Positions 36,613 through 46,294 of a stretch of 64,000 nt of DNA are shown here, piece after piece. Under the pieces are notes generated by a model that was not told the origin of the DNA, did no database searches, and saw only the letters and a program-made list of their open reading frames with translations. Origin of the DNA: Candidatus Onthoplasma faecipullorum (GTDB lineage Bacteria > Bacillota > Clostridia > Christensenellales > UBA1242); NCBI GenBank assembly GCA_019120295.1, contig DWVI01000004.1:102201-166200 (forward strand), read 5' to 3'. A program made the translations under genes and the position numbers. The number at the start of each line of letters is the position of its first letter. Position 1 is the stretch's first letter.

Positions 36613-37479
36613 ATGATATATCTAGTGAGTAAATTTCCGTGTGTGATAGGCGGAAAAGAAAATTTTAAAATTGATAAAAATGTGAGATATTGTGTGGAAA
36701 ATGTGGATAACACACCACAAATTGTCTATCCAATGGATAAAAGTTTACCATTTTCAATATCTTTTATGGATATTTTAAACAATTTGCCACATGAAAACGC
36801 GCATAAAGTGGAAATTGGGCACAATCAGTACATATTTTTAAATTCAAATAGGTATTTAACGCCAAGTTTTACCGAGTTTAAATATTTAAATTTTGATGTG
36901 AATGTAACCTTATCGCAAACGTTAAATATACAAGTGAATGGCGAAACTTTATGCAATAATGATGTTGAAAATATTACATATTCACATTTTGAAGTGTTTA
37001 ATTCATATTGCGTGATTTTCTTTGAAGGAAAAAGAAATTATTTTGTTATAATTGACGGAAAAAATTTAAAATGTGCAGATTACTACGACGAAATCAACAC
37101 AGAAAAGGACGAAATGTATTTTTTAACTCGCGAGTGTGATAGTTTAAATCATGGCAAAGTGCGACACATAAAAAATAAAACTTACGAAGAATATAATGTA
37201 TATTTAGATAATGAAGAGATAAACATTTCAAATAAATTAAAGCACTTGGTGTTTTTAGATTGTTTAAAGGTTGGAAATTTAAATTATTGCAATTCAATGC
37301 TCTCCGATAGCATCAAACAAGAAGATAGTAAAAACATAAAAAACTTTTTTCCTGAATTTGACGATTATTATCCGATTGAAGATAATACCGTGGTGTTATT
37401 TAAAAAAAATGCCCTTTCGGGCAAATTTAGGTTTGAAATAAATTTAGATAAAATAGAAAACATAATTCATTTAGATTAA
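36613..37479 (+). CDS. Hypothetical protein
   Basis: 288 aa, no family recognised. It lies 65 nt downstream of element copy A. Confidence 0.5.
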   Translation: MIYLVSKFPCVIGGKENFKIDKNVRYCVENVDNTPQIVYPMDKSLPFSISFMDILNNLPHENAHKVEIGHNQYIFLNSNRYLTPSFTEFKYLNFDVNVTLSQTLNIQVNGETLCNNDVENITYSHFEVFNSYCVIFFEGKRNYFVIIDGKNLKCADYYDEINTEKDEMYFLTRECDSLNHGKVRHIKNKTYEEYNVYLDNEEINISNKLKHLVFLDCLKVGNLNYCNSMLSDSIKQEDSKNIKNFFPEFDDYYPIEDNTVVLFKKNALSGKFRFEINLDKIENIIHLD

Positions 37480-39872
37480 TTCGTGTTATTATGTGCGTGG
37501 TTTGGCAAATCAAAAAGTTTCAAGAATATCAAGTAAACTGGGTAAGCAGAGAAGCAAACTATAATTAAGAACATTTTATCAATATTTGATAAAGCAACGT
37601 ATTTAAATAGTTCAGGTATAGTTGTAACTAGAATTATACAAATAGATGCACACGCAACATACATAATTGATTTAAACCAGTTAAATGGCTTGCACATTCT
37701 AAACAGCGCAATAAAGCCAACCACAGTGATAGCAATTGAAGACATTGTTACAACAACTTCGCTTGTTACATTGGTAAACATCTGATAAATGTACATCGCA
37801 ATAGTGCTACCAACTAAACATATACCAGCAGGAATTGTGTTTTTTGCGATGTTGGACAAAAACTTTCCTTTAATAGGGTTGGTGTTTGGTTGAAGTGCAA
37901 GGAAGAACGACGGAAGACCAATTACAAACATTTCTAACATAATGAATTGAATAGGTGAGAATGGATATGTGCTATTCATGCAAAGCACAAATATTGAAAT
38001 ACATATAGCAAACATCGTTTTCATTAAGAATAACGAACTTGATTTCTGAACGTTATTAACAACACGTCTACCTTCTGCCACGACACTTGGCATTGAACTA
38101 AAATTGCTATCAAGTAGCACCAATTGGCTAACACTACGCGCTGCGTCACTACCTGCTGCAATAGCAATTGAACAGTCGGCTTCTTTTAATGCTAGTATGT
38201 CATTTACGCCATCTCCAGTCATGGCAACAGTTTTTCCTTGTGATTTTAAGGTTTTAACGAGTATTGCTTTTTGTTCAGGGCTAACTCTACCAAAAATTGT
38301 GTATTTATCAGCCGCTTCCATAACTTCGTTCGGGCTCATTCCTTGAAGACTGATATATTTATCCGCATTATCAACACCGCACCTACGCGCAACTTCACTA
38401 ACGGTTATTGGGTTATCACCTGAAATGATTTTTATATCAACTTCATTTTGTTTAAACCATTCAATAGTTTTTGGAGCGTCTTTTCTAATATTGTCTTGAA
38501 GAAGAATAAGGGCGATAGGTTTTGCGCTTGACGAACTAAATTTATCGTCGCACTCGGCAAGTAACAATACCCTAAAACCTTGAAAACTATACTCTTCGGC
38601 AAGGCGCTTAATTTCTTCCGTTGGTTTTTCCATAACGTATTCGTATGCGCCAAGTTTAAATGTTCCCACTTGCCTAAATTTACAGCCCATAAATTTTCGC
38701 TCACTCGAAAATGGAATGGACTTTTCAGCGGAGTATTGCGGTTTACCAAAATACGATTTTAGAGCAAGGGCAGTGTGGTTTGCATCGTGAAAACTTGCTA
38801 CCATGCTGCTAATTATTTTATCCACATCTTTTTCTGTTTTTTTGCCTGGTAACATCACAACTTCTTTCACACTCATTGAACCATTTGTGAGCGTTCCAGT
38901 TTTATCTAGGCATAACACATTTGTACGCGCTAGCATTTCAATGCAATAAAGGTCTTGTACAAGGGTTCGCTTTTTAGCAAGGCGAATTACACTCACCGCC
39001 AAAGCAACCGAAGTTAGTAAAAACATTCCTGCTGGTATCATTGCAATGATGCAACCAGCCGTTTTTGTGATAACCATGTAGAGTAGTGAGTAGTCCTGCG
39101 CTGGGTTTGCCGTGTAATAAGTGTAGTTGTTATAACACATCAAAATGGCAATAGGCACCATAAATATTGAAATTATTTTAATTAGCGCACGAAGGCTAGA
39201 AAGTAACTCACTTTTTGCAGACTTAAATTGTTTTGCTTTGGCAGTTAGGTCTGAAATGTAGTTGTCGTCACCAATTTTATCAACTCGGGCATAACAGGTA
39301 CCACTGGATATAAAACTACCACCAAGCAGAGCGTCCCCTTTTGATTTTTTAATTGGTTGGCTTTCACCTGTTAGCAAACTTTCGTTAACTTCAACTTGAC
39401 CGTCAAGCACCACACTATCACACGCTATTTGCATGCCTGGGTTTAGGGATAAAACATCGTCTAACACAACTTCGGTTTTGTAAATCTCTTCTTCTTCGCC
39501 ATCACGCACAACTTTTGTGAAATTTGAGTTGGTTAGAGAGAGTTTGTCCATAGTCTTTTTCGACCTAATTTCTTGAATTATTCCAATCGCTGTGTTGCAT
39601 ATCACAATGACCATAAATAACATATCAGAATATGCATTCACAACCATTAGTGCGATTGCAACAAGTAAACACGTCATATTAAAAAATGTGAATATATTTT
39701 TAACAAAAATGCTACCAATAGATTTATTGGTTTTAACTGTTGAAACGTTTACTAGATTTTCCTTTGTGCGCTCCTCAACTTGTGCGCTTGTTAAACCAAC
39801 TTCTGGTTTTGGGTTAAATCTAGTAATACTTGTTTTTTTATTTTTTTCTTTTTTCTTTTTAGTTTTTGCCAT
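37476..39872 (-). CDS. Cation-transporting P-type ATPase (P2/Ca-Mg-like)
   Basis: 798 aa with TGES, CLDKTGTLT, MTGDGVNDILALKEAD and about 10 TM segments. Confidence 0.88.
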   Translation of the reverse strand: MAKTKKKKEKNKKTSITRFNPKPEVGLTSAQVEERTKENLVNVSTVKTNKSIGSIFVKNIFTFFNMTCLLVAIALMVVNAYSDMLFMVIVICNTAIGIIQEIRSKKTMDKLSLTNSNFTKVVRDGEEEEIYKTEVVLDDVLSLNPGMQIACDSVVLDGQVEVNESLLTGESQPIKKSKGDALLGGSFISSGTCYARVDKIGDDNYISDLTAKAKQFKSAKSELLSSLRALIKIISIFMVPIAILMCYNNYTYYTANPAQDYSLLYMVITKTAGCIIAMIPAGMFLLTSVALAVSVIRLAKKRTLVQDLYCIEMLARTNVLCLDKTGTLTNGSMSVKEVVMLPGKKTEKDVDKIISSMVASFHDANHTALALKSYFGKPQYSAEKSIPFSSERKFMGCKFRQVGTFKLGAYEYVMEKPTEEIKRLAEEYSFQGFRVLLLAECDDKFSSSSAKPIALILLQDNIRKDAPKTIEWFKQNEVDIKIISGDNPITVSEVARRCGVDNADKYISLQGMSPNEVMEAADKYTIFGRVSPEQKAILVKTLKSQGKTVAMTGDGVNDILALKEADCSIAIAAGSDAARSVSQLVLLDSNFSSMPSVVAEGRRVVNNVQKSSSLFLMKTMFAICISIFVLCMNSTYPFSPIQFIMLEMFVIGLPSFFLALQPNTNPIKGKFLSNIAKNTIPAGICLVGSTIAMYIYQMFTNVTSEVVVTMSSIAITVVGFIALFRMCKPFNWFKSIMYVACASICIILVTTIPELFKYVALSNIDKMFLIIVCFSAYPVYLIFLKLFDLPNHAHNNTN

Positions 39873-40059
39873 AATATCCTTTTTGGAAATTAGTTTTATT
39901 ATATTTTAATATATTAACATATTTATTTTAAATTAACAAATCAATTTTAATTTGTTTTTTGTTGAATTTAAAAAAATATAAATAAATTCAGTATAAAAGT
40001 TTGCACAAGAATTTATTTTCTAACATAAATAAAAAAAGAAAATAAAATATGGAGGGAAG

Positions 40060-40578
40060 ATGGATTTAGATAACTTTCAAGTTAGAGTGGACAAAAAATA
40101 CCCTGAAATAACCAATGCAAAGAATGACCCTAACACCGTTGCAATTTTAAAAAATTTGGCGTCCAGTGCAAACGCGAGTGAACTCCTTGGCATTCTCACT
40201 TACGTTTTTCAATCGGTTGTTGCAGATAAATCGGCAGAAGATATAGCAAAAGTTTTAGAAGAAATATCGGTTGTGGAAATGACACATTTAGATATGCTAC
40301 TTCATGCAATAACCGAATTTGGTGGCGTGCCAAAATATGAAGACGCTATGGGAAGACAGTTTCACGCAAATTACATAAATTACAACTTGCGCTTAAAAGA
40401 TATGTTAGACCAAAACATCATGGCTGAAACGCGAGCGATTGAAAACTATTCCAATGCGATAAATAAAGTTAGCAATGAAAGTTTAAAAGCGCTTTTTGCT
40501 CGAATTATTGAAGACGAAGAATGCCATATAAAAATATTTAAATATCTAAAAGATAGCGTGCAATTTTTATCATGTTAA
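40060..40578 (+). CDS. Ferritin-like di-metal protein (CotJC/Mn-catalase-like fold)
   Basis: Two ExxH motifs (EISVVEMTHL and IEDEECHI) in a four-helix-bundle-sized 172 aa protein. GGAGGGA RBS. Confidence 0.6.
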   Translation: MDLDNFQVRVDKKYPEITNAKNDPNTVAILKNLASSANASELLGILTYVFQSVVADKSAEDIAKVLEEISVVEMTHLDMLLHAITEFGGVPKYEDAMGRQFHANYINYNLRLKDMLDQNIMAETRAIENYSNAINKVSNESLKALFARIIEDEECHIKIFKYLKDSVQFLSC

Positions 40579-40692
40579 ATTAAATAAAAATAAAAATTTT
40601 TAAAAAAATAACAAAAAAATTAAAAAAATATAAAAAATTATAAAAAATAGCGAATTTTTTAAAAAAAATTAAATTTTTTTTGTTTTTTATGA

Positions 40693-40730
40693 AAAATCTT
40701 ACGTGTTTTGTAAGATTTTTTTTATTTATT
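40693..40730. terminator. Bidirectional terminator
   Basis: ATCTTAC-gtgtttt-GTAAGAT flanked by A and T runs. Confidence 0.55.
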
Positions 40731-41487
40731 TTGAAAATAGCATTAGTTCTCTTAATTTTCCATATTTATTAATTTCTTTTAAATTTTTCTTATTTATTAT
40801 TCCGTGCGCTTTGATTAAAATTTCGTTATTAAAATTGAATATGTCTTTTGTGCAAACTCTACCAAGTAAGAAATCGGCATTTTGAGTTTCTTTTTTCTCG
40901 TCGATTATAACGGCGTTTGTTTTTTCATTTGTTTCAACTTTTTCTATAATTTCTTCTTGTTTTGTTTGATAGTCAATAGGCATAACATTTGCGATTGTTG
41001 GTTTAGGTGTTTTAAAAATTTTAGGTGTTTTATTTGGAACGAATTTATGTACATTAACGCTACCTAACTGGTCATAGAAAATAATGGTATTTTTTCCACT
41101 TGATGCTAGGTTTTTAATTTCTAGTGTTGTACCGTTATCAAGGACAAATTTTTCTGTTAAAAATTTCTCTGATAAACTTATCTCTTTAACCACACCTAAA
41201 AATTCGCCTTTAATTGAATAGGCTTTAAAATTTAGTGGGGCAGGGTTTAACGCACTTTCTTCCACTTTTAGGCTTACCGCTTGATTGTTTTTCACCGTAA
41301 TTGCATTTTTGCCAATGTGATAAATATTTTTAGTTGGAAGTCTTAATCGTGTGTCATTTTCACCAATTAGTTCTATCTCCATAAGTTTTTTTAGTTTTTT
41401 ATCAAAATAAAGCTTGTCCACCACGCCAAGCAGTTCACCTTCATACAATGACAAAACTGAAATATTCAACAATTCACTTAAATTCAT
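40726..41487 (-). CDS. PRC-barrel domain protein (YlmC/YmxH-like N-terminus, duplicated)
   Basis: MNLSELLNISVLSLYEGELLGVVDKLYFD matches the YlmC/YmxH PRC-barrel start, and there is a second similar segment around GEFLGVVKEISL. Confidence 0.6.
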   Translation of the reverse strand: MNLSELLNISVLSLYEGELLGVVDKLYFDKKLKKLMEIELIGENDTRLRLPTKNIYHIGKNAITVKNNQAVSLKVEESALNPAPLNFKAYSIKGEFLGVVKEISLSEKFLTEKFVLDNGTTLEIKNLASSGKNTIIFYDQLGSVNVHKFVPNKTPKIFKTPKPTIANVMPIDYQTKQEEIIEKVETNEKTNAVIIDEKKETQNADFLLGRVCTKDIFNFNNEILIKAHGIINKKNLKEINKYGKLRELMLFSK

Positions 41488-41540
41488 AATTACTCCTAAA
41501 ATAATGTATGTTTTAAATTTTCAATTATTACATATATAGA

Positions 41541-41696
41541 CTAGTGATGTTAAAATTTTACTAACGCAAAATTTTATATTTGTTTCACAAACTCCACGTT
41601 TCACGTGGCATCACGCTTGAATTATCTCGGATTTGCTTGTAACCACACCGCTAACGCTTGTGTGCTTCCAGACAAATCCTTTAAGATAATATAACA
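41541..41696 (-). ncRNA. Structured element copy B (inverted homolog of 36386-36547)
   Basis: The reverse complement aligns end to end with copy A. The single-stranded parts and the box TTTTGCGTTAGTAAAATTTT are near-identical, while both hairpins differ with paired changes. It lies 56 nt upstream of the PRC-barrel gene. Confidence 0.5.
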
Positions 41697-41736
41697 TATT
41701 TGAATTTATTTTTTTAATGCGGTAAATTTGCTAAAT

Positions 41737-41777
41737 TGTCGAATTTAATTGATTTATATATTATTTTTGGGTATAAT
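41737..41777 (+). promoter_or_regulatory. SigA-type promoter preceded by an exact Spo0A-box heptamer
   Basis: TGTCGAA (41737-41743), then TTGATT (41749-41754), a 17 nt spacer, and TATAAT (41772-41777). Confidence 0.5.
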
Positions 41778-41817
41778 AAATACAAATAAATTTAACTTTA
41801 AATTTATAAGGGGTAAT

Positions 41818-44800
41818 ATGAAAAAGTTTAAGGCGCTATTGCTTTTAATAATATTTTGTGTTCCGCTAATTTTTGCAGGTTGCAGAAACACAAATCAAAA
41901 CACTATGAACACGCCAACCGAATTAACGGTTTCGTCTGGCGGGTTTATTAGTTTTGCGCGTGTTGAAAATGACGAATATTATGTTATTTCAATAAATGAT
42001 ATAGAATTTAATATTTTAGTTGAAAATTCTAGCCCTTATATAGAACTATACAACAGAGATAATGTAAATTATTTAAGATACGACGCTTCGCGTTTCTTTT
42101 CCCTTGGTGAGAGTTATAACGTTAAAGTGAAAGCGTGTGCACAGGATAAAGTAGATAGTGCCTACACACAAACTGTAACCTATATGCACACAAAACCAGT
42201 TGATAAACCAAGCAATATTCAAATTGTTGGCACAGTGTTAACATGGGATTCAGTGGAATATGCATCTTTATATGCTGTTAAAGTTATCACTCCAAGTGAC
42301 ACCGAAATTCGCGATTATTCAGGCAACATAATTCAGTCGGACGACGCTGAAAGCATTGCCAATGCCGACCTTACAATGTATCAATTCAGCACAAATAGAT
42401 TTGATTTTTCTTCAATTTTATCACGCGCTGGTGAATACAAATTTTATATAAATGCGGTAAGTGCGTCTAACGTCTATTCAGATAGTGGATACACTTATAA
42501 AACGGTTTATAAACATGTGGTAGATTTATCCACTCCTGTGGTTGGCGAAATTCACAAGGTTAGTGAATACGACCAAACAAGTGAACAATATGTTGATAAC
42601 TTCCACTTGGTGGCGGTTGTTGACGTGAACACAACGGCTATTGAAATTATTTGCAACACAACAAGCAAAGTAATTGAACTCAACAATTCAGTCGATTATG
42701 TAACAAAGCAAGATAATTTAATTGATATTAACTTGTCAAAATACTTCATATCAGAAGGAATTGATTTAAGTGTTTTGGGTGATTATTCATTTAGAATTCG
42801 TTCGGTTGACCTAACTGAAAATAGTGAAAATCGTTATTATAATAATTCTGAATTTAGCGAAACGGTGAATTTAACTGTAAGTGGCAAACTAAGTCCTGCC
42901 GATGTTGAAATTACATATAGTGAATTAAATAATAGTTATGTTTTAACTTGGAATGAAGGCGAAAATAGTGTGGACAATATTGCAGGCTACGCAGTTTACG
43001 TGTTAACCACAAGTGGTGTTGATAGATATGAATATTCACAAAGTTCAACTCTTTCACTTCCTGAAAACTTCATTTCAGCAAGCGTGCAAGTGATATCAAA
43101 GGGTAATTACATTTCGTCTAGTTTAAGTGAATTTTTGAGTGTGTTAGACCAAGAAATTATAGAAAACATCACACTTGAAACATCAGGCACAAATATTGTT
43201 TGGACAAATGTTGACGGCGCAACATACGTCGTTGAAATTGACGGAAACATTTTAGTTCAATCAGAAAATTATGTTGATTTATTAAATTACGATAAAATAG
43301 ATAGTTTCACTGTAACAATCGTGTTAGACGGATATATTCCACTTAAAAAAGAGTTCGAAATTGATTATTATATTCCGCTTGCCACTCCAACAATTGGTCC
43401 AAATCAAGGATTTGTTGATGTTAACACGTATCTTCTAACTTTCTCACCAGTTGAAGGTGCAATCGGTTATTATGTTTACCTTTTAGGGGATGGAATGAGT
43501 GAAGCAATGCGCATTCCAAGAGTGTTCACATCAACCACTATAAATTTAAGCCAATACATAATAAATCAAGGTGAGTACATCAATTATCAAGTGCAAATTC
43601 AAGCGGTTGCGGACCCATACTCAGCAAGGTCTAACTCTGCATTGACAGCTCTTGGTTTACTACAAGTTAGCCATTCAAGAGTGTTAAGCGTTCCAGAGTT
43701 TAGGAAAAATGATTTAGGTCAAGATGCTCCAATAGAAAAAGTTGGCACAGGAAATGATGCAAGGTATTATCTAAATTTCTATGGGGTAACTTACGCAGAT
43801 AGTTATGAAATAATGATAAATTTCAACAGGCTTACTCAATCAAACACTGCTGGAAACGGCTTGTATAGAATAGATGTAACTAGGTATATGGCGAGCGCCA
43901 ATAGTTACACAATAATGGTGCGTGCTCTTCCTGCTAGCACAGATCAAAACGTGAAAGCGAGTGAATACAATGTTTATGAATATGTGTTGACCATGCAATT
44001 AGATGTGGTTACAAATATTCGTGTTGCTGAAAATGATGGGGTTTACACTTTGTCGTTTGACATGCAGGAAAATGCAGCAAGTTATAGAGTGAGAATAGTT
44101 AAGTTAAATGACGGTAATTATTCAGAATACTTAAATTCTAGGGGGCTAGAAAACCCATTTGAAGTAATTCAATCAGCCGACATCACTGAGTATGTTCGTG
44201 AAGCGGGTGAATATTATATTTATGTCACAGCATTGGCAAACAAAGACGGCGGATATTATGGCGACTCGGACGAGTCTAGCACATATGGAGTTGTAAATAA
44301 ATTATCCACTTTAAACACTCCCACTAATATTCAATATAACAACGAGTCAGGTTCAAGTTTTGTGGTGCGTTGGACTGGGGACGAGCATGCCGATTATTAC
44401 ATAATCAACGTTACCGACCCTAATGGTAAAACGCAAGAATATATGTCGCTTACTAATCAACAAAACATAAATTCTAGCATAACAGTTGAAGGAAATTATA
44501 TTGTGAATGTTAAAGCGCAAGTTAATTCAACTGGTGAAAATGCCATGAATTATATGTCTAGCCCAACAAGTGAAGATTATCAAATCACATATGAATACAC
44601 CAACGATTATGATTATGCGCGATATAGTGTGTACATATTTGGTGAACAACAAAACTTTATAATTTCAGATATAAACGACCTTAAAAATATACTTTGGTAT
44701 CACTATCTATTTGGCGTAAATGAAAATTATTATCTAAATTTATATTTAGATTTGCAAGGCGACTCAGCATATGATGCTATAATGAGTTTAGCGCAATCTT

Positions 44801-46260
44801 CAACTGACGAATTGATTTATGATTTTTCAACTGACTCAAATTGGCTCAGTATGACAAGTGTTTCAAGCGAAGGCACATTGTTTGCATACATTTGCACAAA
44901 GATACTTGAACTTTACCCTGAAATGGCGGTGCTTGATAATGTTCAAGTTATGTTGCACTCAACTGGTAGCCCTGTGTTTAAAATAATGTATAGTAACACA
45001 TTAGATGGCGAGAAGATTTCAACCACATCGCAATTTATATCACAAGCAAGAGATTATGGTAATGATTATAATTATCTAGGTGCTTATGAAAGAAGAAGCG
45101 CGAACGCAAGTTTCAATATTGATTCACTTCCTACTATGGACGTTGAAACAACTGAACAATTATTGCACGCGGTTCAATATGGAAGAAAACCTAATTTTGT
45201 GGGAGATAGTCAAATTGCTGAAACAGTTTACTATAATGCTCGCTCGGTTTTAACAGCAATAGTAAATAACAATATGAGCGAAGTTGAAAAAGTGACACGC
45301 ATATTTGATTGGCTTGAATATGCACTTAACTTTAACTACTATGCTGAATACACGGTTGTTGGAAGTGATTTGGTTCGTGGTGATGTTGAAGACTATGGAA
45401 TGAGAAGCGAATTTTATTTAGAAGGATTGTTTTTAAATATAACAAATTCTTCTAACGGCGGTTACGACGGCGAATTCTATCTAGGAAACAGGCTTGCAAC
45501 TAATCAGTTGTACGCCAAAGCGTTCACCTTGCTATGTTCAATCGAAGGAATTGAAACTAGAAAGATAAACGGCACCGTTTCAACTGAAAACACAACAATT
45601 ATTGGAAATCACACTTGGAATAAAGTGTATATAGATGTGGCAGGCAACGGAAACTATGCTTGGTATTCATGTGATTTAACATATTCAGATAACAGAGTGT
45701 TAAGTTATAGTATTGCACAAAGTTATGGAATAAGTTCACACTTGTATTTCCTAGTTTCAGACGATAAGTTGTATTCAGATTTAGGTTCGGTTGAAGATTC
45801 ACTGCTAGTTAGTGAAAAAGCAACACAATCATACAATTATTATTCAAATACAACATTCAGTATGAGTGTGGACGATATAAATTACGCTATAAATGAAAAC
45901 AATGCGGGTTCATTTGATAGTTTTGCTTATAGTTTGATGTACACGGACGACATTAATAATCCATATCAACTATATAGTAGCACATCGCAAATGGGTCAAA
46001 TTCAAGCATACATTCTAAACACAATGTTCTACACTGCATATAACCTAAAGAACAATAGTTCAGGAGTTGCAAGTTTTGAGTTTAGAATAAGCGTTGAAGA
46101 TATGGGTGGTTCAATCTTAACAACGCCTAATAGAATTGAAGATGTTTTAACATATATGAATAGGTATTATTTGGATAGAACTGAACAGTATAGCGTTAAT
46201 GTATATAGTGTGTATGACAGTGCATCTGAAACCACAACTTATATTTACACATTAGAATAA
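41818..46260 (+). CDS. Giant lipoprotein (about 1480 aa) with repeated Ig/Fn3-like modules and a C-terminal transglutaminase-like region
   Basis: GGGG RBS and ATG at 41818, since the track start at 41749 lies inside the promoter. Lipobox LIFAGC. Modules recur around VLTWD / VLTWNEG / VVRWTGDEH. The C-terminal GNHTWNKVYID...YSCDLTYSD resembles the His/Asp part of a transglutaminase core, but the Cys position is not obvious. Confidence 0.75.
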   Translation: MKKFKALLLLIIFCVPLIFAGCRNTNQNTMNTPTELTVSSGGFISFARVENDEYYVISINDIEFNILVENSSPYIELYNRDNVNYLRYDASRFFSLGESYNVKVKACAQDKVDSAYTQTVTYMHTKPVDKPSNIQIVGTVLTWDSVEYASLYAVKVITPSDTEIRDYSGNIIQSDDAESIANADLTMYQFSTNRFDFSSILSRAGEYKFYINAVSASNVYSDSGYTYKTVYKHVVDLSTPVVGEIHKVSEYDQTSEQYVDNFHLVAVVDVNTTAIEIICNTTSKVIELNNSVDYVTKQDNLIDINLSKYFISEGIDLSVLGDYSFRIRSVDLTENSENRYYNNSEFSETVNLTVSGKLSPADVEITYSELNNSYVLTWNEGENSVDNIAGYAVYVLTTSGVDRYEYSQSSTLSLPENFISASVQVISKGNYISSSLSEFLSVLDQEIIENITLETSGTNIVWTNVDGATYVVEIDGNILVQSENYVDLLNYDKIDSFTVTIVLDGYIPLKKEFEIDYYIPLATPTIGPNQGFVDVNTYLLTFSPVEGAIGYYVYLLGDGMSEAMRIPRVFTSTTINLSQYIINQGEYINYQVQIQAVADPYSARSNSALTALGLLQVSHSRVLSVPEFRKNDLGQDAPIEKVGTGNDARYYLNFYGVTYADSYEIMINFNRLTQSNTAGNGLYRIDVTRYMASANSYTIMVRALPASTDQNVKASEYNVYEYVLTMQLDVVTNIRVAENDGVYTLSFDMQENAASYRVRIVKLNDGNYSEYLNSRGLENPFEVIQSADITEYVREAGEYYIYVTALANKDGGYYGDSDESSTYGVVNKLSTLNTPTNIQYNNESGSSFVVRWTGDEHADYYIINVTDPNGKTQEYMSLTNQQNINSSITVEGNYIVNVKAQVNSTGENAMNYMSSPTSEDYQITYEYTNDYDYARYSVYIFGEQQNFIISDINDLKNILWYHYLFGVNENYYLNLYLDLQGDSAYDAIMSLAQSSTDELIYDFSTDSNWLSMTSVSSEGTLFAYICTKILELYPEMAVLDNVQVMLHSTGSPVFKIMYSNTLDGEKISTTSQFISQARDYGNDYNYLGAYERRSANASFNIDSLPTMDVETTEQLLHAVQYGRKPNFVGDSQIAETVYYNARSVLTAIVNNNMSEVEKVTRIFDWLEYALNFNYYAEYTVVGSDLVRGDVEDYGMRSEFYLEGLFLNITNSSNGGYDGEFYLGNRLATNQLYAKAFTLLCSIEGIETRKINGTVSTENTTIIGNHTWNKVYIDVAGNGNYAWYSCDLTYSDNRVLSYSIAQSYGISSHLYFLVSDDKLYSDLGSVEDSLLVSEKATQSYNYYSNTTFSMSVDDINYAINENNAGSFDSFAYSLMYTDDINNPYQLYSSTSQMGQIQAYILNTMFYTAYNLKNNSSGVASFEFRISVEDMGGSILTTPNRIEDVLTYMNRYYLDRTEQYSVNVYSVYDSASETTTYIYTLE

Positions 46261-46294
46261 GAATAAATTTGCATCAACTAGTTAAACTAGGAAT

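Noticed and set aside
39873-40059. Metal riboswitch (M-box or yybP-ykoY) upstream of the P-type ATPase
   Set aside because: The divergent intergenic region is almost pure A/T, with no conserved cores such as GGGAGTAG or GTTAGGTGAGGC.
40579-40700. Poly-A/T low-complexity spacers with recurring aaaaaat / taaaaaa strings (also at 26221-26388, 27787-27900 and 50168-50290)
   Set aside because: They reflect the compositional bias of intergenic DNA in this genome. There is no defined repeat unit and no structure apart from the terminator hairpins already listed.
41749-41817. Track start of the 1503 aa ORF (MIYILFLGIINTNKF...)
   Set aside because: This segment contains the TTGATT-17-TATAAT promoter itself. 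The ATG at 41818 has an RBS and yields a proper lipoprotein signal.
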